Assembly (NCBI GenBank): GCA_020848275.1
Contig: JADLAK010000077.1
Location: forward strand, 7,606 to 71,605
Length of the DNA: 64,000 nt
DNA from: Planctomycetota bacterium
GTDB taxonomy: Bacteria; Planctomycetota; UBA8742; UBA2392
Reading direction: 5' to 3'
The notes beneath the pieces are model-generated. The model made no database searches, was not told the origin of the DNA, and saw only the letters and a program-made list of their open reading frames with translations. Every line of letters begins with the position of its first letter. The stretch's first letter is position 1. Position numbers and translations under genes: made by a program. This document shows, piece after piece, positions 10,046 through 19,505 of this stretch.

Positions 10046-11590
10046 ATGCCGCGAAGCAGCATCGCTACGCAGTTCCACGAGCTCACCAAGTACGCTCCCG
10101 AGACCATCGGGCAGGGCCATGAAATTGACTGGGCGCACCCGCCCGAGCAGTTCAAGGTTTACCGCGGCGCGGAAAGCGTCGACCTGACGCCCTATTTGCC
10201 GATGGGCGACAGCCTTGTGTTCAAGGAGGCGGTGGGTGGCCTCAAGGACGCAGAGGGACCGCTGTCGCTGATCAACCTCTCGAAGCTTTTCCTCTTCACC
10301 AACGGCGTGACCGCCGTGGCGCGCGGCCAGGGCCAGGAGCAGTTCTTCCGCGCCGCGCCCAGCGCCGGCGCGCTCTACCCGACCGAACTTTACCTGCTTG
10401 TGCGCGGCCACGCGGACCTCGCCGACGGCGTCTACAACTACAACGTCCGCAACCATTCGCTGGCCGAGGTTTATCCGCGCGGCCTTGGCCCCGACGGCCC
10501 CGAGTTGTTCGAGAAGCTTTCGGCCGCGTGCCTCGGCCATCCCGCGCTGAAGGACTGCAATGCCGCGGTCGTGGCCACGGCGATTTACTTTCGCTCGGCC
10601 TGGCGTTACGGCCCGCGCGGCTTCCGGCGCTGCATGCTCGACAGCGGCCACGTGCTCGGCAATTTCGACCTGATGGTCCCGCGCCTTGGCCTTTGCACGG
10701 CGGCTATCGGCGGCTTCGTCGACGATGAAATGGCGCAGATCCTGGACATCACCTCGTCGCAGGAGGGCGTGCTGGGCGTGTTCCCGTTGCACCCGAAGCT
10801 GCTGTATCCTGAGATCTCCGGCGGCGTCTCGGCCCTGCCGTCCGACCCCTACGCCGACGCCTTTGAAGCCGAGCCCGCCCAACTGCTGAAATCCATCCAC
10901 GACGCGACTTGCATTCTGCGCGCCGACGCGGCCACCATTCGCACCGCCGCCGGCGTTGACGCGCCCGCGGAGTCAGGCCGCCACGAGACCCTGGGCGCGA
11001 TCAAACTGGCGCCCAGCGGCGCAGACGCCGCCGCGGACGTCGAGCACACGATCCTGCGCCGCCGCAGCACGCGTAACCTCACGGGCGAAGGTTTAAGCCT
11101 GCGCGAGCTGTCTGACGTGCTGAGTTTTGCCTATCGTGCGGATCTCAGCGTCGGGCCCGAAGGCCGCCCGCGCTTCTTTGACCCCGGCATGCTGCACAGC
11201 TACGTGGTCGTGCACGACGTCGCAGGCCTGCAGCCAGGCGTTTACCACTACGCGCCGGACTTCAACGAGTTGCGGCTGGTCAAGCAGGGCAACTTCCGGG
11301 AGGACACCTACCACATCGCGCTGGGCCAGGAGCTCGCGCGCGACGCGGGCGCGGTGGTGATCCATATGGCGGATTTGCGCGCGGCGCTCGAACGCTACGG
11401 CAATCGCTGCTACCGCTATCTGCACCTCGACGCAGGGCACCTCGGCCAGCGCATGAACCTTGCGGCGATCCGCTTCCGGGTAGGGGTCTCGGGCATCGGC
11501 GGTTTCTTTGACGACGAAGTGAACGCATTGATCGGCGCCAGGGATTCCGACTTCTGCGTCTACATCACCTGTCTCGGACGCCCCGCATGA
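10046..11590 (+). CDS. SagB/ThcOx-family dehydrogenase (two nitroreductase-like domains)
   Basis: RAAPSAGALYPTELY, LDSGHVLGN, ILRRRSTR and YRYLHLDAGHLGQRMNLAA motifs. Confidence 0.85.
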   Translation: MPRSSIATQFHELTKYAPETIGQGHEIDWAHPPEQFKVYRGAESVDLTPYLPMGDSLVFKEAVGGLKDAEGPLSLINLSKLFLFTNGVTAVARGQGQEQFFRAAPSAGALYPTELYLLVRGHADLADGVYNYNVRNHSLAEVYPRGLGPDGPELFEKLSAACLGHPALKDCNAAVVATAIYFRSAWRYGPRGFRRCMLDSGHVLGNFDLMVPRLGLCTAAIGGFVDDEMAQILDITSSQEGVLGVFPLHPKLLYPEISGGVSALPSDPYADAFEAEPAQLLKSIHDATCILRADAATIRTAAGVDAPAESGRHETLGAIKLAPSGADAAADVEHTILRRRSTRNLTGEGLSLRELSDVLSFAYRADLSVGPEGRPRFFDPGMLHSYVVVHDVAGLQPGVYHYAPDFNELRLVKQGNFREDTYHIALGQELARDAGAVVIHMADLRAALERYGNRCYRYLHLDAGHLGQRMNLAAIRFRVGVSGIGGFFDDEVNALIGARDSDFCVYITCLGRPA

Positions 11591-12891
11591 TCGCAGCGCG
11601 CAAAAAACCGCTTGTGCCCGTGACTTCAAAGCGGCTGGACGAGCGCCGCTTCGAGGGCGTGCTTTCCTGCGGCATGAAGCTGGTGTTTGCGCCGCGCAAA
11701 GGTTTTAAAAAGAAGCTGGCGTTTGTGGTAGCGGGCTACGGTAGCGTAGACCGCGCCTGGGAAGCGGGCGGCAAGCGATTTGAGGTGCCCGACGGCATCG
11801 CGCATTTCCTTGAGCACCAGTTGTTCAAGAAGGCCCACGGCGACCTGAGCGACCAGTTTTCGCAGCGCGGCGCCTACGTCAACGCGCAGACCAGCCACAC
11901 GCAGACGGCGTTTTATTTCGAATGCGTCGAGCAGTTCGAGGCCAACCTCGGCACGCTGATGGAACTGGCGCTTACGCCGCACTTCGACAAGAAGCTGGTC
12001 GACGTCGAGCGCGACATCATCATCCAGGAAATCAACCAGTACCGCGACCAGCCCGGCTGGGTGAGCTTCCAGCAATTGCTCGAGGCGCTCTACGTCAACC
12101 ATCCGCTGCGCGTCGACATCGCGGGTACGCAGGCGACGGTTGAAAAAATCACCGCCGAGCTTCTCGGCCTGTGCCACGGGACTTTCTATCACCCAAGCAA
12201 CCTGACGCTGATCATCACCGCGGACATGACGCCCGCCGAAGTGTTTAATATTGCCGAGCGGCAATCCGCTAAATTCGCCCCCGAGACACCGGCGCGAAAC
12301 ATTAAGCATAAGCGATACAGCGAGCCTGACGCGCCCACGCGGCGCCGCGCCGAACGCCGCATGTTCGTGCAGCGTCCACGCCTGCTGATCGGGTTCAAGG
12401 ACACTGAGGGCGCGAGCGGCCGCGATCTGCTGCGTCGTGAAATGGAAACCTCGCTGGCGCTGGACGCGTTGTTTTCGCGCGAGAGCGAAGCCTACGAGCG
12501 CCTCTACCGCGACGGGCTGATCGCGTCGGATTTCGGCGCGGCGTTCCAGGCTGAAACCGGCTACGGTTACTGCGTGATCGGCGGCGAGACGCGCGATGCC
12601 GACGCACTCGAGGAAGCGCTGGTGGACGCGCTTGCGCAGGCGCGCGACAAGGGCATCGACGCCGACACGATCGAACGCAAACGCCGCAAGTTCCTGGGCC
12701 GCTACCTGCGCAATTTCAACGACCCGGAAAGCACGGCCTACAGCTACCTCGGCGCGCTTGGGCAGCGCTGCGACCTGTTTGACTTCCCGGAAGTGCTCGA
12801 TGCCGTGACGCCGCAACGCGTCAACGCGCGCATCGCCGAGTTCTTTTCGCCCTCGCGGTGTGCCTCAAGCGTGCTGTTGCCGCCGAAGTAG
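11587..12891 (+). CDS. M16 (pitrilysin) family Zn-peptidase, YmfH-like
   Basis: Inverted zincin motif GIAHFLEHQLF, plus NAQTS and ERDIIIQEI. Overlaps the upstream stop (ATGA). Confidence 0.9.
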   Translation: MIAARKKPLVPVTSKRLDERRFEGVLSCGMKLVFAPRKGFKKKLAFVVAGYGSVDRAWEAGGKRFEVPDGIAHFLEHQLFKKAHGDLSDQFSQRGAYVNAQTSHTQTAFYFECVEQFEANLGTLMELALTPHFDKKLVDVERDIIIQEINQYRDQPGWVSFQQLLEALYVNHPLRVDIAGTQATVEKITAELLGLCHGTFYHPSNLTLIITADMTPAEVFNIAERQSAKFAPETPARNIKHKRYSEPDAPTRRRAERRMFVQRPRLLIGFKDTEGASGRDLLRREMETSLALDALFSRESEAYERLYRDGLIASDFGAAFQAETGYGYCVIGGETRDADALEEALVDALAQARDKGIDADTIERKRRKFLGRYLRNFNDPESTAYSYLGALGQRCDLFDFPEVLDAVTPQRVNARIAEFFSPSRCASSVLLPPK

Positions 12892-12903
12892 TAGAATGCC
12901 GGC

Positions 12904-13281
12904 ATGGTTGCGTTCACACTCGACAACGCGTTGATGATCGGCGCCCTTGTGATTGGCCCGGGGCTGGTGATCGCGTTTATCCTGAGCATGCGCGGTGCGA
13001 AGCGACGCGCGCTGCTGCGCCGCGCGCCGCGGTCCTGGGGCGGTGACGACCCCGTGCGTCCGGCGGCGGAAGTGCTGGCGCGCGTGCTGAACGTGCCGAT
13101 TGACCGCATTCGCCCCGAAGATCGGCTGGTCGCGGACCTCCAGTTTGAGCACTATGACGCCCAATCGCTGCTGGTGGACCTGAAGGATCGGACGGCGGCT
13201 GAGCGATTCATGGCCGTGCTGCACGAACGTACCGTGGCCGATTTAGGCATGTTGCTGGCGGGCGTCGGCCCGGTGGATTAA
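12904..13281 (+). CDS. Membrane-anchored protein with degenerate acyl-carrier-protein-like domain
   Basis: N-terminal TM helix. LARVLNVPIDRIRPEDRLVADLQFEHYD...TVADL resembles ACP but lacks the DSL serine. Confidence 0.55.
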   Translation: MVAFTLDNALMIGALVIGPGLVIAFILSMRGAKRRALLRRAPRSWGGDDPVRPAAEVLARVLNVPIDRIRPEDRLVADLQFEHYDAQSLLVDLKDRTAAERFMAVLHERTVADLGMLLAGVGPVD

Positions 13282-13282
13282 C

Positions 13283-13340
13283 GGAGCCCCGCGCGTGAGC
13301 GCGGGGGATTTCCACAACCCCGGCTGACGGGCGGGGCTGC
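13283..13340. repeat. REP-like inverted doublet (same family as 6809)
   Basis: GGAGCCCCGCGCGTGAGCGCGGGG ... ACCCCGGCTGACGGGCGGGGCT. Confidence 0.55.
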
Positions 13341-13888
13341 TACAGTGCCACACAGCCGAGCCAGAGCGGCAGCCACATCAGCGTCGCCGCAACACACGAG
13401 TTGATGCCCCAGAAATAGATCAGCCATTGCGGGCGCACGGCCATGTCCGCGCCGCTGAACAGGCGGCCGTTGACGTAATAGGTGCTCTGCACCGGCATCC
13501 ACAGGCCCGCGACCCACAGCGTCGCCGTGTACCAGAAGCTTTGGGCGAACTGTTGCGGCTGCGTGAAGCCGCCCGCGCGGAAAATCAGTGCCGAAAGCAG
13601 GTAGCAGACCACCGGCGTCACCAGCGCGTTGAGCACCGCCGCGGCGAGATGGCGCGCCGCAAAACGGATAAAACCCGGCCGCACGCCTGAGGCGCGTGCG
13701 CTGAGGGGGTATTCGACGGCGCGCAGCGGCGCCGAGGCGACGGCATAGGATGCCGCACACAGCCCGACAATTTTTGCGCCGAGTTCGAGGAATTCACTCA
13801 CTGCGGCAGCTTGCCATTTGGCCGGGAGGGGGTCAGGCACCTTTTTGCCTCGCAACGCGCGAGGCAATGCGATCAAGAACAACAGCAA
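13340..13888 (-). CDS. Hypothetical membrane protein
   Basis: Several hydrophobic segments. The start codon is uncertain. Confidence 0.5.
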   Translation of the reverse strand: MLLFLIALPRALRGKKVPDPLPAKWQAAAVSEFLELGAKIVGLCAASYAVASAPLRAVEYPLSARASGVRPGFIRFAARHLAAAVLNALVTPVVCYLLSALIFRAGGFTQPQQFAQSFWYTATLWVAGLWMPVQSTYYVNGRLFSGADMAVRPQWLIYFWGINSCVAATLMWLPLWLGCVAL

Positions 13889-13927
13889 AAAGGAGCCAGA
13901 CCCCGCTTTGAATTGTTTAATGGAGAT

Positions 13928-14245
13928 ATGCCGAGCACCGCGCCCCTACCGACGAAGCTCCCGAAAGTCACCAACAAGGAAAAGACGCGGTTGGCGCCCC
14001 TGTGGAAGGTGCTGTTTCACAATGACGACAAAACCACGATGGATTTCGTCGTCGGCGTGCTGATGAAATTCTTCGGCCACGACATCGACAAGGCGATGCA
14101 GATCATGCTCGAGGTCCACAACACGGGCATCGGCCTCGCGGGGACTTATCCCAAGGAAATCGCCGAGCTGAAGATGGAACAGTGCATCTCTGCCGCGCGG
14201 CCGAAGTTTCCACTGAAGGTCACGATCGAGCCTGTCGAGGAATAG
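13928..14245 (+). CDS. clpS: ATP-dependent Clp protease adaptor ClpS
   Basis: WKVLFHNDDKTTMDFVV..L...F, AMQIMLEVH..G and FPLKVTIEP motifs. GGAGA RBS before ATG 13928. Confidence 0.93.
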   Translation: MPSTAPLPTKLPKVTNKEKTRLAPLWKVLFHNDDKTTMDFVVGVLMKFFGHDIDKAMQIMLEVHNTGIGLAGTYPKEIAELKMEQCISAARPKFPLKVTIEPVEE

Positions 14246-14485
14246 TCTCTTGAGGCCTCGCGATTGTTGTGTCCGCGGAAACCTACGAAAAAATGGTCGA
14301 GCAGATTGATCTCTTGCAGCATGTAGGTCGTGTGCTTGTGGATGTTGCAGCCGGCAGCGCCGCCTCGCACGAGAAGGCGAGGAAGCAGTTGTAGAAGGCG
14401 CTTCGTAAATCCATTGCCAAGCATGAGGAAGTTAAACGACATGGGCGCGCCAGTGGCGCGCCCGATTGAATTTCGCAGAGAATCG

Positions 14486-14965
14486 TTACTTGGCGGCTTT
14501 TTCGCGTTCGGCAGGCTTGGCGCCGTCCTTTTTTGGCTCTTCCTTCGGCGTCTCCGCAGGCGTGCCGATTTCCTTTCCTTCCGGCCGCTCCTTGATGCCG
14601 CCCCAAGTGTAGCCCGCGCCTTTGATTACTTTCTTGGCGTCCTCTTCCTTCAGTTCCTTCTTTTGCTCGACCGTCACCTTCAGCGTCTTCTTGTCGAGGT
14701 CGCCCTCGACCTCGATGATGCCCTCGATGGCCTTGAGTTTCTCGCGCAGCACCTTCACGCAATTGTCGCAGCCCATGTCGGGCACGCTAAGTTCGTATGT
14801 TTTGCCCTTGGGACGCGCTACCTCGTGCGCCGCGACGACATCCTTGTCTTTACCGGTCTTGCGCGTCTCGGCGCTGGGCGGCTTGCCGCACTTGTCGCAG
14901 GCAAACGCCAGCGGCGCCGCAAGCACCGCCAAGGCAAAGAGCACAACCAGAGTCGAAATGCGCAT
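14486..14965 (-). CDS. Exported heavy-metal-associated (HMA) domain protein, canonical Cys form
   Basis: Signal peptide, N-terminal CDKC, YELSVPDMGCDNCVKVLREKLKAIEGI (MxCxxC) and a Lys/Glu-rich tail. Confidence 0.85.
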   Translation of the reverse strand: MRISTLVVLFALAVLAAPLAFACDKCGKPPSAETRKTGKDKDVVAAHEVARPKGKTYELSVPDMGCDNCVKVLREKLKAIEGIIEVEGDLDKKTLKVTVEQKKELKEEDAKKVIKGAGYTWGGIKERPEGKEIGTPAETPKEEPKKDGAKPAEREKAAK

Positions 14966-15126
14966 GGGAACCCCTCAAGGCGTCAAGGATTATACGTTCA
15001 AAGACCCCGGTTTCGCCGCCCTAATTCGTGCCAAATAGAAGAGCAGTTTCGTTGCACAGTTCGCCCACCCGCGCCTACAATGCGCCGCTCGGACGGCAGG
15101 CGCAGAATTGACGATACAGGGTTTGC

Positions 15127-17295
15127 ATGGCCAGCGGCGACATCACCGCCCAAACTTTCAGCAGCCGCAAAGTGTGCCTCGCACGAGCGCGCGAGCACAT
15201 GTCCGGCCACGCCTACGGCGCCGCCGGCCAGACACTCAAACGCGGCGTCGAGCAATGGCCCGATTTTTCCTTCGATCCCGACTGGCTGACGCTTTCCGGC
15301 CACGTTGCCTGGCGGCAGGAGCGCTTGGCCGAGGCGGCGCGGTTCCTGCGCTTGGCCATCAAGGACCCCTCGGCCCACGTCGAGGCGCGCTTCCTGCTTG
15401 GCCGTGTCTTGCTCGATCAAGGCAAGGTCGAGCGTGCGGCGGCGCTGCTGTCGACTATTGCCAACAACGAAAACGGCCTGGTGCCCTACCGCATGCACGC
15501 GGGAAGCGCCCTGTGCGTGGCGTACGCGGCGATGGGTCTAAACAAGCTCAGTCAAGAGGCCATTGAGAAAGCAGCGGCGTTTGGCCTGATCAGCGCACAA
15601 TTGCTCGCCGACGAAGGTTACCGCCTGGCGCACGTCGGCGGGTTTAAAGAGGCCGAGGTGCAACTGGCCAAGGCGCTGCAGATCGACTCGACCTGCGAGG
15701 AGGCGTTTGCGCGCCTTGCCAACGTGCTGTACGTGCAGGACAAAATCGAAGGCGCCAACGAAGTGCTGCTCTATGCCATCGAGCAGTCGGGCGAATACCT
15801 GCCGCTCTACCGCCTGCTGGGCGAGATCAGCCTGCACCGCAACAAGTTCCGCGAATCCGCGGCCTTCTACAAACGCTGCATCGAAATCTCGCCCGCAAGC
15901 GCGCACACTGACGCCTGTCATTATTGCGCGGGCCAAGCGTTGCAACGCGGCGGCTTCGTTGACGGCGCGATGGGTGAATATCGCGACCTGGTCAAGAAAT
16001 TCCCGCGCAGCGACTTGGCGCCGCAAGCGAGGGTTCGCCTGGGGTCGCTGGAGAAACGCGCGCGCGCGCCGCGCCAGCGCCGGCTGGAGAAGTTCCCGCG
16101 TGTGCTGCAGAAGCGCAACTATTGCGCGCCCAACACGCTGGCCAACGTGCTGCGTTACATTGGCAAACCGGCGATCCAGGAAGAAATCGCCGCGCGCGTG
16201 ATGAAAAATTCGTCGGCGCGCTGGCCCGAAGTGTTCGCGTTTTTGGCCGACCTCGACGGCATCGCCTTTCGCGGCGCGTTCTGCGGGCTCGACGACCTGA
16301 AGGTGCTGATCGACAAGGGCCTGCCTGTGGTCACGACCGAATTCCACGGCATGTCGGGCCACGCGCTTGCGATCACCGGCTACGACGACGGCGGCGAGCT
16401 GGTCATCGCCCAGGATCCGCGCTTCTTGGAGCCCGTGGAAATCACCTACACCGAATTCCTCAAGGGTTGGGCACACGATGACGGCCTGTGCGTCGTGATC
16501 GTGCCCGAGAAGAAGAAAAACTTGCTGCCTGCCGAAAACCCGCTGGTGGCCGAGGTCGTCAAGCTGCTGGAGTTCAGTTACGAAGGCCGCCATGACGATG
16601 CGGCGAAGGTCGCGGCCGAGTTGCGCGCCAAGGCGCCCAACTTGCAGACGCCCCTGCGCATTTTGGCGCAGACGGCGCTTGAGCGCAAAGACACCAAGGC
16701 CCTGCGCCAGTACAGCGAAGAAGCGCTCAAGGCCCAGCCGAAGTGCTTCTGGGCGCAACGGCATATCGGCGACGCCTGCTGGCTTGAGGGCGACAGCGCC
16801 GGCGCGCTCAAGGCCTTTCGCAAGGCGCGCAAGATCGACAATCGCGATGAGCACCTTTGCTACGCGCTCGGCGAACTCATGCTCGGCAAGGGCTATCGCA
16901 AGCGCGGCCGCGGCTGGATGCTTGCCGCTTTGCGCGAGGCGCCGTCATTCCGGCGCGCGCGCTTGCGGCTGGCGCAGGATTGTCTCGAGCAGGGCGACAA
17001 GGCGGGTGCGGCGCACCACGCGCGCATCCTGGTTGAATACGACCCGACGGACGCCGAAGCCAAGGGGTTGCTGGTCAAGTCGGCGGGTGAGGCGGCGCTG
17101 CGCGCCATCGAGGCGCGCCCCGTGACCAAGCCACGCTCGACCAAGCAGGTGCAGAAGCCGCCGCCACCACCGCCCGAAGATCCCAAGCTGCCGGGCGAAG
17201 ACGGCGGCGCGCAGGATGAAACCGAGGCGGGGGCTGAGCAGGACGACACCGGCCCCGACGGCGAAGGCGACGACTTCGAAATTGAAGTGGAGTAA
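15127..17295 (+). CDS. TPR-repeat protein with central C39-like cysteine peptidase domain
   Basis: QKRNYCAPNTLANVL (Gln/Cys) and GHALAITGYD (His/Asp) flanked by TPRs. Acidic Pro-rich tail. Confidence 0.75.
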   Translation: MASGDITAQTFSSRKVCLARAREHMSGHAYGAAGQTLKRGVEQWPDFSFDPDWLTLSGHVAWRQERLAEAARFLRLAIKDPSAHVEARFLLGRVLLDQGKVERAAALLSTIANNENGLVPYRMHAGSALCVAYAAMGLNKLSQEAIEKAAAFGLISAQLLADEGYRLAHVGGFKEAEVQLAKALQIDSTCEEAFARLANVLYVQDKIEGANEVLLYAIEQSGEYLPLYRLLGEISLHRNKFRESAAFYKRCIEISPASAHTDACHYCAGQALQRGGFVDGAMGEYRDLVKKFPRSDLAPQARVRLGSLEKRARAPRQRRLEKFPRVLQKRNYCAPNTLANVLRYIGKPAIQEEIAARVMKNSSARWPEVFAFLADLDGIAFRGAFCGLDDLKVLIDKGLPVVTTEFHGMSGHALAITGYDDGGELVIAQDPRFLEPVEITYTEFLKGWAHDDGLCVVIVPEKKKNLLPAENPLVAEVVKLLEFSYEGRHDDAAKVAAELRAKAPNLQTPLRILAQTALERKDTKALRQYSEEALKAQPKCFWAQRHIGDACWLEGDSAGALKAFRKARKIDNRDEHLCYALGELMLGKGYRKRGRGWMLAALREAPSFRRARLRLAQDCLEQGDKAGAAHHARILVEYDPTDAEAKGLLVKSAGEAALRAIEARPVTKPRSTKQVQKPPPPPPEDPKLPGEDGGAQDETEAGAEQDDTGPDGEGDDFEIEVE

Positions 17296-17299
17296 TGTT

Positions 17300-17370
17300 G
17301 TGGCTGGGGCCTCCGTGCCCCAGCACGCGGATCACGGATACTCGAACTGGGGCACGGAGGCCCCAGCCAC
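17300..17370. repeat. Perfect 24-bp inverted repeat (REP-like or bidirectional terminator)
   Basis: GTGGCTGGGGCCTCCGTGCCCCAG ... CTGGGGCACGGAGGCCCCAGCCAC between convergent genes. Confidence 0.7.
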
Positions 17371-17372
17371 GT

Positions 17373-18134
17373 CTAGCCGCGTATCCCAAACAAATTCTTG
17401 ATCATCTGAACCGTCTGCTGGCGGCCGAGCACCGCAATGGCGTCCGTCAGAGGGATGTGCTTGGGGCAGACCTCAACGCAGTTCTGCGAGTTGCCGCATT
17501 CGCCAAGGCCGCCGCGGCCCATCGTGGCTTCGATGCGCTCGTGGGCGTTGAGCTTGCCCGTCGGGTGGCTGTTGAACAGCACGACCTGCCCGACCACGGC
17601 CGCGCCGATGAAATCACCTTCTTTGGTGTACTGCGGGCAAGCTTCGAGGCAGCAGCCGCAACTCATGCATTCGGATAGTTTGTAGCGCCATTCCTGCGTT
17701 TTTTCGCTGTAGCGCGGGCCGGGGCCGAGGTCGTACGTGCCGTCGACGGGAATCCACGCCTTGACCTTCTTGAGGTCCTTAAACAAGCGGTTGCGCTGCA
17801 CGAAGAGGTCGCGGATCACGGGGAATTTCGTCATCGGCTCAAGCGTGATGTTGCGGCCGACGCTTGGGTCGTCGATCTGCGCACTGCAGCTCTGGCGCAC
17901 GCGGCCGTTGATGTTCATGGTGCAGGCGCCGCAGACTTCTTCGAGGCAGTTGCAATCCCACACCACGGGCGCGACTTCTTTGCCGCTTGCGGTCTTGGGG
18001 TCGCGCTCGACGCTTTGCAGGGCCGAGATCACGTTCATGTTTTTGAAGTACGGGACGCTGAACGTTTCCCAGTACGGCGAACTGGACGGTGAGTCCTGGC
18101 GCTTGATCTTCAGAGTGACGGTTTCGCCCGGCAT
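17373..18134 (-). CDS. sdhB: Succinate dehydrogenase iron-sulfur subunit
   Basis: WDCNCLEEVCGACTMNING, CMSCGCCLEAC and CGNSQNCVEVCPK motifs (Bacillus-type SdhB). Start ATG 18134. Confidence 0.95.
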   Translation of the reverse strand: MPGETVTLKIKRQDSPSSSPYWETFSVPYFKNMNVISALQSVERDPKTASGKEVAPVVWDCNCLEEVCGACTMNINGRVRQSCSAQIDDPSVGRNITLEPMTKFPVIRDLFVQRNRLFKDLKKVKAWIPVDGTYDLGPGPRYSEKTQEWRYKLSECMSCGCCLEACPQYTKEGDFIGAAVVGQVVLFNSHPTGKLNAHERIEATMGRGGLGECGNSQNCVEVCPKHIPLTDAIAVLGRQQTVQMIKNLFGIRG

Positions 18135-18199
18135 GGTGGTCCTTTGGCTGCCTCCAATTCGACTATAAACCTCGCGGGTGCTCGGACAATAGGCCAAGA

Positions 18200-18310
18200 C
18201 ATGCCGCCAAAACGCAAAAGCGCCAAAAGCTGCATTTGGCGGTTTGGCGCTTTGGCGGTGACATGTTTTTGCAGTACTCTGCGTCTCCGCGCCTCCGCGG
18301 TGAATTTTTT
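18200..18310. repeat. Hairpin repeat with three CGCCAAA-like units per arm, followed by a CTCTGCGTCTCCGCGCCTCCGCGGTGAA half-element
   Basis: cgccaaaacgcaaaagcgccaaaag ... tttggcggtttggcgctttggcgg. Confidence 0.6.
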
Positions 18311-18321
18311 GGGACTGCGGC

Positions 18322-19461
18322 GTGCATATCTGCCTTGTCAGCGAGCATTTTCACAAGCGCCCCGGCGGGCCGCGCACGGCCTGCCTTGGGCTGGCTCGCG
18401 GGTTTAACCAGCTCGGTCACCACGTCTCGCTGATTTCGATCATGGCGCATGAAAACACGCGTGAGGCGCTCCCCGGCGGCGGCGAGGCGCGCATCCGGCG
18501 CTATGGCTGGAAGCTGATCCCCGTCAGCATGGGGCGCGGGCGCTTTTATGCGCGCGAAATAACACGCATCCACAAGGAGCGTCCGATTGATGTAGTGCTG
18601 GCGCAGGGCTGGGAGGCCGCTGACGCCGCACAACCTTTTTGCAGCAAGCACGGTGTGCCGTGGCTATTAAACCCGCGCAGTTGCAGCAAGGACCGGCCCG
18701 GCAACTGGCGCAACATCCGCGCGCAGAGGTTTTTTGACGCCAGCAACGGCATGATCGCGATCTCTGAATATGCGGCGGCAGACTGGCGCACGAATCTCGC
18801 CCGCCCGCAGGGTTCGATTGTCGCGGCTCTTAACGGCGTCGATCCCGGCATACTGGAGGGTCCGGTCGAGGCGCCCTTTACGGTACCCGAAACGCCGATC
18901 ATCCTTTCGATGGGCGGTTTGCGGCCGGGCAAGGGCCATCACTGGATTGCGCGCGCGCTGGCGGGCGTGCACGAGGACTTCCGCTGGGTGATCGCGGGCG
19001 ACGGCCGCGAGGCCGACAATTTAAAGGCGCAGGTCAGCAAGCTTGGCCTGTCGCCGCGCACGATTTTCACGGGCAACGTCGAGGGCGCGCACTGGCGCTG
19101 GTTGTATCGCAACGCGGCGATCTTCACGCTGTTTCCCGTTTACCCGGAAGCCTGCGGCAATGCGTACCTCGAGGCCCAGGCGGCGGGCCTGCCGATTGTC
19201 GCCAGCAACGCGGGCGCGCTGCCGGAAGTTACGTCGCCGCAAAGTGCGCTGCTGATCGACGTCAGCAACATGCGCGACGAAGGCCGGGTAATCGGGCAAC
19301 TTCGAGAGGCCTATTCGAGGCTGCTCGCCGACCCTGCCCTGCGCGCAAGCATGGGCGCCGCCGGCAAAAACCGCATCGCCGGAATGACCTGGAAAGCCTG
19401 CGCCCGTAAGTATCTCGCGGCCACGCCGCTGTATGTCCCCGGTGCCCCCGCACCGGACTAG
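18322..19461 (+). CDS. Glycosyltransferase family 4
   Basis: YPEACGNAYLEAQAAGLPIVASNAGALPEV (EX7E) and KGHHW motifs. Confidence 0.9.
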   Translation: MHICLVSEHFHKRPGGPRTACLGLARGFNQLGHHVSLISIMAHENTREALPGGGEARIRRYGWKLIPVSMGRGRFYAREITRIHKERPIDVVLAQGWEAADAAQPFCSKHGVPWLLNPRSCSKDRPGNWRNIRAQRFFDASNGMIAISEYAAADWRTNLARPQGSIVAALNGVDPGILEGPVEAPFTVPETPIILSMGGLRPGKGHHWIARALAGVHEDFRWVIAGDGREADNLKAQVSKLGLSPRTIFTGNVEGAHWRWLYRNAAIFTLFPVYPEACGNAYLEAQAAGLPIVASNAGALPEVTSPQSALLIDVSNMRDEGRVIGQLREAYSRLLADPALRASMGAAGKNRIAGMTWKACARKYLAATPLYVPGAPAPD

Positions 19462-19505
19462 AAACCCCAGCCACATCGCGCGCGCTTTGCTATTCTGCCG
19501 CGCGC

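Noticed and set aside
14250-14442. Coding-like GC3 pattern on the minus strand between clpS and the HMA gene (possible frameshifted remnant)
   Set aside because: It is short, needs a frameshift and has no recognisable homology by eye.
10046-17295. Complete RiPP (TOMM) cluster from SagB + M16 + C39
   Set aside because: No YcaO, precursor or exporter is visible, and unrelated genes (clpS, HMA) intervene.
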